A DNA stretch of 64,000 nucleotides, from contig LCCV01000005.1 in the NCBI GenBank assembly GCA_000998135.1, positions 157 through 64,156 of the forward strand, in the 5' to 3' direction. The position numbers were made by a program, and so were the translations under genes. This DNA is from Parcubacteria group bacterium GW2011_GWA2_42_14 (lineage in GTDB: Bacteria; Patescibacteriota; Minisyncoccia; Sungbacterales; GWA2-42-14). The notes below the pieces were generated by a model, which worked only from the letters and a program-made list of their open reading frames with translations, was not told the origin of the DNA and ran no database searches. This document shows positions 17,970 to 28,348 of this stretch, piece after piece. Position 1 is the first letter of the stretch. Every line of letters begins with the position of its first letter.

Positions 17970-19151
17970 TTAGTTGTTGGTTGTTGGTTGTTGGTTGTTG
18001 GTAAGCTCATATACCGCCATCTCGAGCGGTAATTGCGGAATCGGAGATTTTTTGAGCAATTCCCGTGTTTCCAAAAACATTCTGATGCCGTTGGTTAATC
18101 GTTCATTGGAAAACAAAGCAAGGCGGGATTTTAAAAAATTCAAATCATCCTGTGTTTCTTCTTCAAGAAGAATCGTTTCAAGTTCCATGTCGGTTTTTAA
18201 CAGCATGGAATTTCTAAAATATCTGAGCAAAATTTTGACGATATACTGCGTATCATATCCTTCTTTTGTCATTTCGGAAATCAAAGAAAGGGCCCTGCCT
18301 TTTTCATTGGAAGCCAAGCATGAAAAAAAATCGCGGATATATTCTTTTTTAGGAAGGCCGAGCGTTTTATAAATCGCTTCGGCCGTAATGTTTTCGTCAG
18401 CCACGGCCAAAATTCTTCCGAGAACGCTTTCGGCATCTCTCATTGAACCCTCGGCAATAAGCGCTATGGTTTCCAGCGCCCCATCTTCAAAATTAATTCT
18501 TTCCATGCCGCAAATTTTGACAAGCTTGTTTTTGATGTCTTTGCCGGATGGCCGTCTGAAATCAAATTGCTGGGTTCGGGAAGTAATCGTAGCAGGAACC
18601 TTATCAAGCTCGGTTGTGGCCAAAATAAAGATAGCATGCTCCGGCGGCTCTTCCAGGGTTTTTAAAAGGGCGTTGAAGGCGTCTTTGGTTAATTGATGGC
18701 ATTCGTCAATTACATAAACCTTGTATTTTCCCCTGGATGGAACGAATCTTATTGACTCTCTTAATTCGCGAACTTCATCTATGCCTCGGTTGGAAGCGGC
18801 GTCAATTTCAATAAGGTTGAAAGAAGAGCCGGCATTAAACTCACTGCAGGATTCACAAATGTTGCATGGTATTTTTCCCTCAAAAACGCCGCTTGCCAAT
18901 GGATTCTCTTTTAAAATACTTGTCAACGATTTACCCGTACTATTATTTGCCTCACAATTAACGGATTTGGCGACTAATCTGGCAATGGTTGTTTTTCCTA
19001 CCCCCCTCGGCCCGGAAAATAAATAAGCATGGGCAATACGCCCCTGTTTTAGAGAATTATTCAGAACCCTAACAACTTGTTCTTGCCCTATTATTTCTTC
19101 AAAGCTTTGAGGACGGTATTTGCGATATAAAACCTGATGATGTTTAGCCAT
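17970..19151 (-). CDS. dnaX: DNA polymerase III subunit gamma/tau (short form)
   Basis: GPRGVGKTT P-loop. Sensor region ILATTELDKVPATITSRTQQFDF. The C-terminus is encoded by a 4x heptanucleotide repeat. Confidence 0.9.
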   Translation of the reverse strand: MAKHHQVLYRKYRPQSFEEIIGQEQVVRVLNNSLKQGRIAHAYLFSGPRGVGKTTIARLVAKSVNCEANNSTGKSLTSILKENPLASGVFEGKIPCNICESCSEFNAGSSFNLIEIDAASNRGIDEVRELRESIRFVPSRGKYKVYVIDECHQLTKDAFNALLKTLEEPPEHAIFILATTELDKVPATITSRTQQFDFRRPSGKDIKNKLVKICGMERINFEDGALETIALIAEGSMRDAESVLGRILAVADENITAEAIYKTLGLPKKEYIRDFFSCLASNEKGRALSLISEMTKEGYDTQYIVKILLRYFRNSMLLKTDMELETILLEEETQDDLNFLKSRLALFSNERLTNGIRMFLETRELLKKSPIPQLPLEMAVYELTNNQQPTTNN

Positions 19152-19204
19152 AACAATAACTACTCTATCACAAAACTAAAAATAAAAAAAGGCTAAAAAG
19201 CCTT

Positions 19205-19816
19205 TTAGGTCAGCGATTTTATATAATGACCGCTATACTCATCAAACTTAAACCCCATTCTTTTCGCGGTAACATCATAGCGCAATTTAAATTTTTTTTG
19301 CTCCCGCTCAACCCATAAGTCATCTCCAACCTTAGGACACCACTTATTCAAACGAGATGATTGCACCCAAATTTCTTTAAACCTATTACGATGCGCCCAT
19401 TGAGTAGCATAATCAAGAAGAAATTTTTCCCATCGTAAACGGGAGAGAAATATTTCTGTTCCTTTTTTGCCCTGAATTTGCCGCACACAAACACGGGATA
19501 ACTCGGGATAAATATCAAAGGCAATACACGCACAGGCCCCCCATAAGGTTCTTAAAACAAAAGCTTCATGGGCATCATAATAAAATCCCTGCGGTCCATA
19601 ATTGCTTTTTTCTGTTTTCCATCTGGTAACAAACAAAAAGGCAGTTTTATTTAAAGAATTGTTATCTTTTACAAACCGGGCAAGTTGATTTTTATTTATT
19701 TTCTTTAGGCCGCGAAAACGGGTAATCGGTCCAAAAATCTGGCAGAGAAACCATAAGATAAAGACAGGGGCGGGTATACCCAGCCAGATACCCAGGATAC
19801 AGTACCACCACGGCAT
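19205..19816 (-). CDS. Hypothetical membrane-anchored protein
   Basis: N-terminal TM helix (WWYCILGIWLGIPAPVFILWFL). Confidence 0.4.
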   Translation of the reverse strand: MPWWYCILGIWLGIPAPVFILWFLCQIFGPITRFRGLKKINKNQLARFVKDNNSLNKTAFLFVTRWKTEKSNYGPQGFYYDAHEAFVLRTLWGACACIAFDIYPELSRVCVRQIQGKKGTEIFLSRLRWEKFLLDYATQWAHRNRFKEIWVQSSRLNKWCPKVGDDLWVEREQKKFKLRYDVTAKRMGFKFDEYSGHYIKSLT

Positions 19817-19980
19817 TTAAACACCCCTTTTAAAATTTCAAGGAAACGCTGAAATAAATTATATCATAAAACAATCAAGAAAGCAAGAGGTTTGGGGGCG
19901 AGTTCAAAAAAATGAGAAATTAGCAAATATTCATCTTAAAAACATTCCAACATTAAAAGAATTTAAACTAGGCCGAGCCA

Positions 19981-20622
19981 TTAATCATGATGTCCCGGCA
20001 GTACGGCTGCAGTTTTTTTAAATACAAAAAATTTGTAGCCGGTGAAATTCCAGGCTAAAGAAATCGGTATTCCGATTACCACGGCGACATTCATCCACGC
20101 TTCCGGGCCCATGCCCCCCTTGGGGCCGATGACATTTACGATTACATGAAACAGGCTGACATTTATAAAAGCTCCCGATAGGCTCACCACAAAAAATTCA
20201 ATATATTCTCTTACGGTTTTTTGATTACTGCCGGCTCCAAAAGTCCAATACTTATTCCAAAAGAAACTATTGGTAACAACCAAAGCAAAAGTAATGGCCG
20301 CAAAAATATCGGCCTGAAATCCGCTGGAAACCCCTGTCCAAAAAATAAAAATGTTTATGATGCCGAGATTGGCAATCGTATTGAAAACGCCGATAAGACC
20401 ATAACGGGCGAGCTGAAGCATAATCGGAATTTTTTTGCCGAGTTCAAAAAGCAGCCAATAACCGGTAGCGGTAGCGAAAGGAAGAACGATAGCGGCAAAA
20501 TATTTAAATTTCTCAATCCCGAGTTTGGCAAAAATTCCGATAACCCAATCAATAGGCAATAAAAAAATAAAAATCAGCTCCCCTAAAATTAAACTATTTA
20601 TAATGTCATTTTTTTTAAGCAT
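19981..20622 (-). CDS. GtrA-like polytopic membrane protein
   Basis: Multi-TM protein with a GtrA-like C-terminal NSFFWNKYWTF motif. Confidence 0.5.
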   Translation of the reverse strand: MLKKNDIINSLILGELIFIFLLPIDWVIGIFAKLGIEKFKYFAAIVLPFATATGYWLLFELGKKIPIMLQLARYGLIGVFNTIANLGIINIFIFWTGVSSGFQADIFAAITFALVVTNSFFWNKYWTFGAGSNQKTVREYIEFFVVSLSGAFINVSLFHVIVNVIGPKGGMGPEAWMNVAVVIGIPISLAWNFTGYKFFVFKKTAAVLPGHHD

Positions 20623-20642
20623 AAGGGTTTGTTTTTTTTAAT

Positions 20643-21467
20643 TTATTGTTTGAGCGCTATTTTTTCATTTCTCTCGCCTTCAATTAGCGCCATAAATGAA
20701 CGCATCACATAAATAAATCTTAATTGTCCTTCAATTTCCTCTTTTTCTTCGCTTCTTAACCCTTGAATATAAACCTTAAGCAATATGGTTATTTCTTCGC
20801 GGGCATATAAAATTTTATCATCAAGGATAGATAGTATAGTATCATAATCCCCTTTTGCCTCTCTCCCGTCAATAAAATTGTTAATAGCGGGAACTTCCGC
20901 TTTCAAACGCGATTCGTAACGTTTTTGTTCGTTTTCAAGTTCAGCGTTCTTCGCCGTTTCTTCAATATGGCGTTTTTCATCCTTAAACCATTCAATAATA
21001 TCGGCTCGGTCCGGCATGGCGTCAAAAAGTTCCGAATGAGAAAAAAAGAAATCTTCTGCTTCCTGATACCCTTTTTTATAAAGCCGCGCCATTTCAGAGT
21101 TATCCATATCGGTTTCATCCGGCATATCGCCGCTTTCTTTTTTTTCTTCAACACGGTTTCCGATTTTTTCAAGCGCCAACTGAACCGCTTCAATAAGCGC
21201 CAGAGGAATTAATATGTCTTTTTTCTTTAAATCTTCCTTAAGCGTTTTTGAAATATCCTCAATATAGACCTTACTGGGCAATTCGTGTTTTTCGGCAAGA
21301 TAGGCCATAAACTCTCCAAGGGCGTCTTCAAGCATAAGGCCAAATCCCTGAAATTTTATCTCAATTTCTTTTGGCGATTCGTTTATCAAGGGCTGGCCAA
21401 GTTCAATATCCTGCCCTTCCTCAAGAAGGTGGGGACGTCCTAAATTTTTTTCCTGGGAGTGGGACAT
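20643..21467 (-). CDS. Hypothetical acidic coiled-coil protein
   Basis: ORF only. Glu/Asp-rich. Confidence 0.4.
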   Translation of the reverse strand: MSHSQEKNLGRPHLLEEGQDIELGQPLINESPKEIEIKFQGFGLMLEDALGEFMAYLAEKHELPSKVYIEDISKTLKEDLKKKDILIPLALIEAVQLALEKIGNRVEEKKESGDMPDETDMDNSEMARLYKKGYQEAEDFFFSHSELFDAMPDRADIIEWFKDEKRHIEETAKNAELENEQKRYESRLKAEVPAINNFIDGREAKGDYDTILSILDDKILYAREEITILLKVYIQGLRSEEKEEIEGQLRFIYVMRSFMALIEGERNEKIALKQ

Positions 21468-21495
21468 GACGATTTCCGGAAGAACCGGAATTATT

Positions 21496-23916
21496 TTAAG
21501 AATGCTTTTTAATAATTTCCTCCTCCACTTCTTCTCTTGGCTTGCCGTATTTAAGACGCGACAGTTCTTTGATTTTTTCCACGTTTTCGCGGAAAATCTG
21601 TCCAGACGGATATGTTTTCATGCTGAATGGCTCCGAAGTTTTGCCGTTTATAAGAAGTTTAGCATAACAGTTAAAATTATCAATGTTCAATAAGTCATGA
21701 CCGCTGAATACCGGTTGAAATTGTTTTTCCATAAATTCAGCGTCATCCGAACCGATGCGGAAAGCAATCATGGAGCCGACATTGCCGAAAACGGCTTTTT
21801 TAATATTTTCTTCAAGTTGCCCGATAAATTGATGCGAAATAACCAAATCCAAGCGATATTTTCTGGCTTCGGAAAGAATGGTGGCGATGGAAGGGGTCGT
21901 AACATTCTGAAATTCATCAAGATATAAATAAAAATCGCTGCGAGATTCTTCCGGAACATCGGTCCTGGACAAAGAAGCGATAAGCAATTTTCCAACAAGA
22001 ATCAGGCCCAAAAGCGATGAGTTTAATTCTCCCAATCTGCCCTTGGAAAGATTAATCAAAAGTATTTTTTTAGAATCCATTACTTCCCTGAAATTGAATG
22101 CGGATTTTTCCTGGACAATTATCGGACGCATAATTTCATTTGCCAGAAATGTGTCAAACTTGGAAGTAACATAAGGAACAATATTGGCCAGAGCCGATTC
22201 TCCTCCGGCTTTTTCCGCGATCTGCTCCCAAAAAGTTTTTACGATTATATTGGAGGTGCGCGATAATTTAAGTTCCCTGAAACTTGAATCGGACAAAACG
22301 CGTGATATTTCCATAAGCGTGTTTCCGCTTTCAGGATTATCCATTACCAAAAGGGTTGAATTCCTGAAATACTGCTCAAACATCGGACCCATGGATTCAG
22401 GAATGGCGCCGTATAATTTCTGAAAAATGCTGAAAAGTTCATTTACCACCATTGTTTTTTGTTCGGGGAATCGCTGGTCATACTCAAGCATGTTCAATCC
22501 AAGAGGCCGGGCAGTATCGGCAGGGTTAAAATAAATAACGTCGTCCAGACGATTTTCCGGGATATAGCCCAAAATTTCTTCAACCGTATCGCCGTGCGGG
22601 TCAATAAAGCAAGTTCCTTCACCTGATTCAATATCCTGCCTAATCATATTTTTCAGAAGGACCGATTTTCCGGTGCCTGTCTGGCCTACTGTATAAATAT
22701 GACGCCGGCGGTCTTCTTTTTGCAATTTTATTTCCGAAGAAATTCCTCTAAAGAAGTTAAATCCGAGAACCATGCCGGAAGAAGGCAAATTGGCCGGTGC
22801 AGACGCTTCTTTGGCCTTAAGAAATTCCACCTTGGGGGTCTCCAGCATAATATTGGGGAAATGAAAAAGACCGGTCATTTCTTCGCTGTTTAAAATCATT
22901 TTTTTTGATTCGTCAAAAACCCGGAAAGAGAATTTGTATATTAATTCCTTAAGGGATGAGCCGCTAACACGGTTTATGGCAAATTCGTTTGATGTCGGGT
23001 CGGCAAATTGAGCCAGGGCGGATTCCAGATTGCGCAAAATTTCCGACGCCCTTTTTTCATCCTTGGCCGACGCAAGCAAACGGATATTGGCCTCAAAAAG
23101 GTTTTTTTGCGTTTTCGCTTCCACCTTTTTTAGCAGTTCTTCTTCTCCCTGGGTCAATTTTTTCATTTTTTTTGCTTCCTCTTGCTGGGGAGAAGGGGGG
23201 GAAATTGTTTCCCGCATCATTTCAAAAAAACCGATGATTTTATTCCTGGGGCCTGACCTTATTTTTGCCCGCCCCTCCTGGACTTCTTTGGCAAAAGAAT
23301 GGATTTTTAATTTAAGGCCTCCGGGAGCGGGCCTGGCAACTATCTGGAAAGAGGCGCCTTCTCCCTCGCGGGCTAATTTGGAAAAAACATTGGTAACGGA
23401 GCGAAGGGGGTCGGTCGATATTTCCCTGTAGGTTTTTACCGGAAAAAAGAATTTACGCATCAGCTTAACTTCCGAAGCCGCCGTAACGCCTTCGGGATTG
23501 AAAATATTATAATCTTTTACCTGTTCAATGGAAGCGGAAGAAAAATTAGCGTGAATTATTTTTTCAAGGGATTCCGCGAACCTTTTGGGAACGGCCGCGT
23601 AAAAAGAAATTTCTTCTCCGATATGAGGCGTGGTAATTTCCAAAGCAAATGCCGGTTTGCCGTAAGCAAACGTATTCCACCAGGAATCATGAACGGACAT
23701 AAGATTGGCGTAAACATTTTCCATTACCGATATTTTTTCGCGGGCATGTTCTTGAGACATCTCTTCTTTTCTTATATCCTTGGGCAGGCGCACCAAAAAA
23801 AGGCGCAAATTTAAAGAGCGCCAGATTTCATCGCGTCTCGTGATTTTTTTAAGCATCCAAAAAAAACCAAAAGCCAGAATTCCGAGTATGATAAAAAAAA
23901 TTGTAATAAAAGTCAT
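21496..23916 (-). CDS. Membrane-anchored FtsK/HerA/VirB4-superfamily ATPase (TraC/VirB4-like)
   Basis: N-terminal TM helix. Walker A TVGQTGTGKSVLL and Walker B YLYLDEFQN in the C-terminal half. Confidence 0.5.
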   Translation of the reverse strand: MTFITIFFIILGILAFGFFWMLKKITRRDEIWRSLNLRLFLVRLPKDIRKEEMSQEHAREKISVMENVYANLMSVHDSWWNTFAYGKPAFALEITTPHIGEEISFYAAVPKRFAESLEKIIHANFSSASIEQVKDYNIFNPEGVTAASEVKLMRKFFFPVKTYREISTDPLRSVTNVFSKLAREGEGASFQIVARPAPGGLKLKIHSFAKEVQEGRAKIRSGPRNKIIGFFEMMRETISPPSPQQEEAKKMKKLTQGEEELLKKVEAKTQKNLFEANIRLLASAKDEKRASEILRNLESALAQFADPTSNEFAINRVSGSSLKELIYKFSFRVFDESKKMILNSEEMTGLFHFPNIMLETPKVEFLKAKEASAPANLPSSGMVLGFNFFRGISSEIKLQKEDRRRHIYTVGQTGTGKSVLLKNMIRQDIESGEGTCFIDPHGDTVEEILGYIPENRLDDVIYFNPADTARPLGLNMLEYDQRFPEQKTMVVNELFSIFQKLYGAIPESMGPMFEQYFRNSTLLVMDNPESGNTLMEISRVLSDSSFRELKLSRTSNIIVKTFWEQIAEKAGGESALANIVPYVTSKFDTFLANEIMRPIIVQEKSAFNFREVMDSKKILLINLSKGRLGELNSSLLGLILVGKLLIASLSRTDVPEESRSDFYLYLDEFQNVTTPSIATILSEARKYRLDLVISHQFIGQLEENIKKAVFGNVGSMIAFRIGSDDAEFMEKQFQPVFSGHDLLNIDNFNCYAKLLINGKTSEPFSMKTYPSGQIFRENVEKIKELSRLKYGKPREEVEEEIIKKHS

Positions 23917-23946
23917 GAGCTTTTGCTGTTTACGCGGTTTTTTAGA

Positions 23947-25311
23947 TTATTTGCTATTTTCCGTAACAGGATTAAGAATATAAAAATCGTTACCATTTTT
24001 ATCTTTTTTTATCCCGCCAACCCGTACGGCAACGTTCTTTTGTCCTATTTTCGGCTTCCAGCCCTTAGGAAAAATTGAAAAAACGTCGGCAAGATAACTT
24101 ATGTATGAATCCCCCTGTTGTTTCAGAGACACCTGAAAAATTCCCCGCCGCTCAACTTCATCCATGGTAAAAAGGGCTTTTAATTTAGGAGACGGCGTAT
24201 CATGATAACCGAGTTTACCGAGTATCTCTTTTAAAGATAAGGTGAGACGCAAGCCGTCCCACGATGGTTTAATATGGATTTGCTTACGAACCGTAACGCC
24301 TTCTTCAAAATCAACATTCAATTCTTTCTCCTTCATTGAAAGAACGAAGTTATTCATCTCAGGCGACCACGCCAAATACCCGTCGGCTCCCGCGGCATAC
24401 GCGGCGGCATACCCGCCTTTTAATTTATTTTCCGGACTTACCAGTATCACGCCCATATCGGTTTTGACGAAAAATCCGTCTTTTTCCAATTCGGGCAGAA
24501 TATTTTTTGTCTGATTGATATTCTCTTCCTGGTCCTTTTGGTAATTTTTCATCGTTTGAATGGGTTTGCCTTCCTGTTTTCGCTTTAAAAATGATGGCGG
24601 AAGAAATTCATCCGCTGACCATTTCTCAATGTCCGCGTCAGTTACTTCGTCGTCAAAACTTCTTCCCGAAAGAAAGAAATCATAGACCTGTTTGAAATTC
24701 ATAAAACGGTTCAGGCCGATAAGGGTCTTATGCGACTGCCAATATTCTTTTTGCCAATCAAAATCGCCGGATTCAACTTTTTTATTGAACTCGACGATTT
24801 TGTCCAACACTGGATTTTTTTTTATAAATTTCAACTCTACCAACGCCTGATACATGAACTCTGCGGAAGAAGAAAGGCGTTTACTTTCTTTGCCGTGGTT
24901 ATCGCACCAGGCCGTTATTCGCGCCAGTTCATCTTTCATGAAATCTCCTTCCACCGAAAAGCCATGATGGTTGCCTGTATCAATATTCAAAAAACCAAGT
25001 TCACTTTTGCCCGGAAGAATATATTTTGTCTTGGAAGTATCGAACCCGCCGACCTCAAGAAGCCCCAGTGAGACTTTTCCGTCCAGATCGGTAAAGGATT
25101 TAACAATGCGCCGATCTCGGTCCCAGATGCCTGAAACCGCAAAATCTTGCAGGAGTTTTGGAGCAAGATTTCTGAACTCCTCACTGTTGATGATTTCATG
25201 AAATGCTTTCGAATCTTCAAACATCAATTCACCCGGCTTTAGCCTGGAAAAAATAAAATAGCCGAGTTGTTCGCCGGGAGTAAATTCTTTTTTTTCTATT
25301 TTTTCAGTCAT
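23947..25311 (-). CDS. Hypothetical protein, 454 aa
   Basis: ORF only. Confidence 0.4.
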   Translation of the reverse strand: MTEKIEKKEFTPGEQLGYFIFSRLKPGELMFEDSKAFHEIINSEEFRNLAPKLLQDFAVSGIWDRDRRIVKSFTDLDGKVSLGLLEVGGFDTSKTKYILPGKSELGFLNIDTGNHHGFSVEGDFMKDELARITAWCDNHGKESKRLSSSAEFMYQALVELKFIKKNPVLDKIVEFNKKVESGDFDWQKEYWQSHKTLIGLNRFMNFKQVYDFFLSGRSFDDEVTDADIEKWSADEFLPPSFLKRKQEGKPIQTMKNYQKDQEENINQTKNILPELEKDGFFVKTDMGVILVSPENKLKGGYAAAYAAGADGYLAWSPEMNNFVLSMKEKELNVDFEEGVTVRKQIHIKPSWDGLRLTLSLKEILGKLGYHDTPSPKLKALFTMDEVERRGIFQVSLKQQGDSYISYLADVFSIFPKGWKPKIGQKNVAVRVGGIKKDKNGNDFYILNPVTENSK

Positions 25312-25314
25312 AGA

Positions 25315-25737
25315 TCAAAATTCTTTTAATTTCTGACTCTGCACGAGTTTTTGATAATATTCATCAACCAAACGGTCATGCAATTCATCCAAAAGCCACG
25401 GAGTCATGTTTTCGGCCAGGGTTACGGCATCCAGCAGCCCTTTTTCAAAAGAAATGCCTATCAGATGTTCCAGTTGTTCATGGCGTTCTTTTTGCTTGAG
25501 CTCGTCGGCTTGGCGTTTTTGTTCATCGGAAACTGCCGCCGGCAATTGGACTGCCGGTGGCGGCAATAACGGTTTTTTGGCTCCAACATATTCCTTAAAT
25601 ACCTCCCGAAACACCTCTTTGGGCTCTTTTTCAATACCCTTTTCCTCCATCGTCTTTCGTTTTTCAGCCAAAAGCCATTCTAATTCGCGGATTTCCTCTT
25701 CCGGCGTTTTTTCAGTTTTTTGGCTTGGTTCCTGCAT
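25315..25737 (-). CDS. Hypothetical protein, 140 aa
   Basis: ORF only. Confidence 0.35.
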   Translation of the reverse strand: MQEPSQKTEKTPEEEIRELEWLLAEKRKTMEEKGIEKEPKEVFREVFKEYVGAKKPLLPPPAVQLPAAVSDEQKRQADELKQKERHEQLEHLIGISFEKGLLDAVTLAENMTPWLLDELHDRLVDEYYQKLVQSQKLKEF

Positions 25738-25779
25738 ACCGATAATTATACCAAAAATACGATAAAATTAAAAAACAGC

Positions 25780-26310
25780 TTAGAGTTTTCTAAGCCGTTC
25801 AAGAAGGATTTTATATGTTTTTTTCCAGATTTTGCCGTGTTCATCTTTCTCATCCCAAGTAATAACATGGGAAAATTCATGCGCGAGAAGATTGTCTAAA
25901 TATTCATTATTGCGGTTAATACTGTTTTTGTTAATAACAATACAGGAAGTTTCCGTCAGCGCGTCATAATAAGAAATATTTTCTACAACCCCGATCCTTA
26001 CCGAAAACATTGATTCTTTTAGAAAACCCAGGCGCCGACTAACATTGATAAGAAATTCCACGCGCTCTTTTATATACGGCGCTTTTCCGAGCCATGCCGG
26101 ATCATCTGACCCGAGAATAATTACCTCATCACCAGGAGAAGAATCTAGAAGATATAATTTATGAAAGACCTTATTGACTTCATAATTGCTCTTTTTCAGT
26201 CTTAGGTTTATTTTTAAAAACCAAATAAGTAATAAAATCAAACCGGCCAGCCACGCAAGAAAAACCGTAAAAAATAAAATCAAGAGCCGCCTCTTCTTTC
26301 CGGGCCTCAA
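25780..26310 (-). CDS. Membrane-anchored putative zinc metallopeptidase (HExxH)
   Basis: N-terminal TM helix plus LLAHEFSHVITW (HExxH). Confidence 0.45.
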   Translation of the reverse strand: MRPGKKRRLLILFFTVFLAWLAGLILLLIWFLKINLRLKKSNYEVNKVFHKLYLLDSSPGDEVIILGSDDPAWLGKAPYIKERVEFLINVSRRLGFLKESMFSVRIGVVENISYYDALTETSCIVINKNSINRNNEYLDNLLAHEFSHVITWDEKDEHGKIWKKTYKILLERLRKL

Positions 26311-26426
26311 CAGTAGTTAACCGGATTTTATATTAAATATTCAATAGTGTCAAGGAATAAAGTTTTGACAAACAAGCTGGTCGGTATTCATCAAGGGAGA
26401 ATGAAGATTTATTCTTTCGGACGAAA

Positions 26427-28184
26427 TTAAAAATTTTGGAACACGTAAAATTCCGCCTCCGGCGGGAGAATTTTAAATTCCGGAAATTTTTCTCTTATTT
26501 CTTGGACGAGATCCTTGTCAAAAGGGTTAAGAAGTATAATGATAGACTGCTTTTTTTTATCTATTAATCCCAAAACGCCCGGAAGAATATAAAAAATATT
26601 TTTTTCTTTTCTTGACGTCTCGCGGTATGAATCGGTAAGAAACATTACGGTTTGGGCGGGCATGGGGACTCCGTTAACATTAACACCGTCCATGTTTACA
26701 ATAATATATTTATTAATTTCCCGGGGTGATGAAGCCATGTACTCGCCTATCCGGTATAATCCGGTGGAAAATTCAAAATAAGTTTTGGCGTGTCCCGAGA
26801 ATTTTTTAAAATATGTATCGTAGGTATTTACGACGGCAAAAATTATAAAAAATGCAATAAATATTACTGCTCCCCGGCGAACTCGCCAATGTTCATGATT
26901 AAGGCGTTCTTTCCCGTCATAAAACAAATGGAAGCGATAAAAGAGCTGATGCAAAAGAAAACTTGAACCGAGCCCCGCAAAAATAAAAACCGGAACAATA
27001 AGACCGATAGAACGAATGGCGTGAGGGATGCCTTCTTTGGTTAAAGTTGACGGAAGCATCATTACCAAAAACCAAACCATAATAAACAGATGCGGAAATA
27101 CGGATATGCCGTTTGGAGTTTTGCTAAAAGAATTTTTCATCCAGCGCCATATTCGGGAAAAAGAGTAATAAACACCGGCAAGAAACAATATTCCAACCGG
27201 CCAGAAAAGTTCCGGCTCGCAGTTAAAATTATGGCGCTGGTTGCAATCGCCTCTTACATTAAACATTCCCAAAGTTTTAATATTGGAAATTGCGAATTCT
27301 TTCAAAGGGTTTTCCGAAGAAAAAATTGAAACTTGCGATTGCCTTCCCATAAAATCTTCGGGATGATTCAAGAAGTACCAGCCGATGGGCAAGGCAACAA
27401 CAAAAGTTATGAGCAGGAATAAAACAATAATGCACGAAACACAGGTTTTTGTTGTAGGTTGCAGGTTGTGGGTTGTAGGTTGTGCTTTATGCCATTGCCA
27501 CAGCTTCCACCCCGACACAAAAATCAATATCAACGGAACTAAACGAAAGGCGATATAGGTATGAAATCCCAAACCAATAAAAATTCCGGTCAAGACAGCA
27601 GTTAAAATTTTTCCGGTTCTAAAAACTTTTAAAAGAAAATAAAATCCGAAAGCCAGAAAAAACGGCACCATTATCGCCCGAAATCCTATTCGCGAAAAAT
27701 TAATATGCCAATAGCTTGTTGCCAGAAAAAAGGACGACAATGTTGCTACCCAAAGGCCGTGCGGAAGAAAAGTATCAAAGGTGACAGATTCTTTCGTTTC
27801 TTTTTCAACCGTATGATTATAATTCCGGAATAATTCATAAACCAATAAAAAGAAACCGAGTATGGTGAGAGTTCCAAAAAAACCGGAAACAACTCGTAGG
27901 GCCCAGGCATTATTGCCAAAAAACCAAAGGGAAACTGCCTGTAAATTTATAAAAAGCCCTTCTCTGCCGTTATTTTCCGGATAAAAAATCTTAAACTCTC
28001 CGGTTTTTAACGCTTCCAGCGCGTTATTCCCATTTATGGCTTCATCCGGATAAAGCCCGGGCGGAATTTCGGTAATTTTATAAAAACGAAAAAAAACTCC
28101 TACCACGAGGATTAAAATTATAATAATTATTTTTTTATTGCGATTAATAATATTTGTTATTGATATCATATATTCTTTATCCAA
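26427..28184 (-). CDS. GT39/GT83-like (ArnT/PMT-type) polytopic membrane glycosyltransferase
   Basis: Many TM helices. Contains an internal heptad repeat coding QPTTHNLQPTT. Confidence 0.55.
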   Translation of the reverse strand: MDKEYMISITNIINRNKKIIIIILILVVGVFFRFYKITEIPPGLYPDEAINGNNALEALKTGEFKIFYPENNGREGLFINLQAVSLWFFGNNAWALRVVSGFFGTLTILGFFLLVYELFRNYNHTVEKETKESVTFDTFLPHGLWVATLSSFFLATSYWHINFSRIGFRAIMVPFFLAFGFYFLLKVFRTGKILTAVLTGIFIGLGFHTYIAFRLVPLILIFVSGWKLWQWHKAQPTTHNLQPTTKTCVSCIIVLFLLITFVVALPIGWYFLNHPEDFMGRQSQVSIFSSENPLKEFAISNIKTLGMFNVRGDCNQRHNFNCEPELFWPVGILFLAGVYYSFSRIWRWMKNSFSKTPNGISVFPHLFIMVWFLVMMLPSTLTKEGIPHAIRSIGLIVPVFIFAGLGSSFLLHQLFYRFHLFYDGKERLNHEHWRVRRGAVIFIAFFIIFAVVNTYDTYFKKFSGHAKTYFEFSTGLYRIGEYMASSPREINKYIIVNMDGVNVNGVPMPAQTVMFLTDSYRETSRKEKNIFYILPGVLGLIDKKKQSIIILLNPFDKDLVQEIREKFPEFKILPPEAEFYVFQNF

Positions 28185-28348
28185 AATATCCCTAGACCGT
28201 CCAAAAATGCCAAAAAGTTACTCCCTAAGCCTGTCGAAGGGTAACTTTTTGGCTTATGTCATGTAGGCCTTCGACAAGCTCAGGCAATATATTAAAGTTT
28301 TCGGACGGTCCGGCAAAGCTCCATATTTATTATACCGCGAATAATGAT

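Noticed and set aside
27437-27475. Heptad or tandem repeats as a CRISPR array
   Set aside because: The repeats are 7-nt units inside coding sequence with no spacers. No CRISPR-like repeat-spacer architecture exists anywhere in the window.
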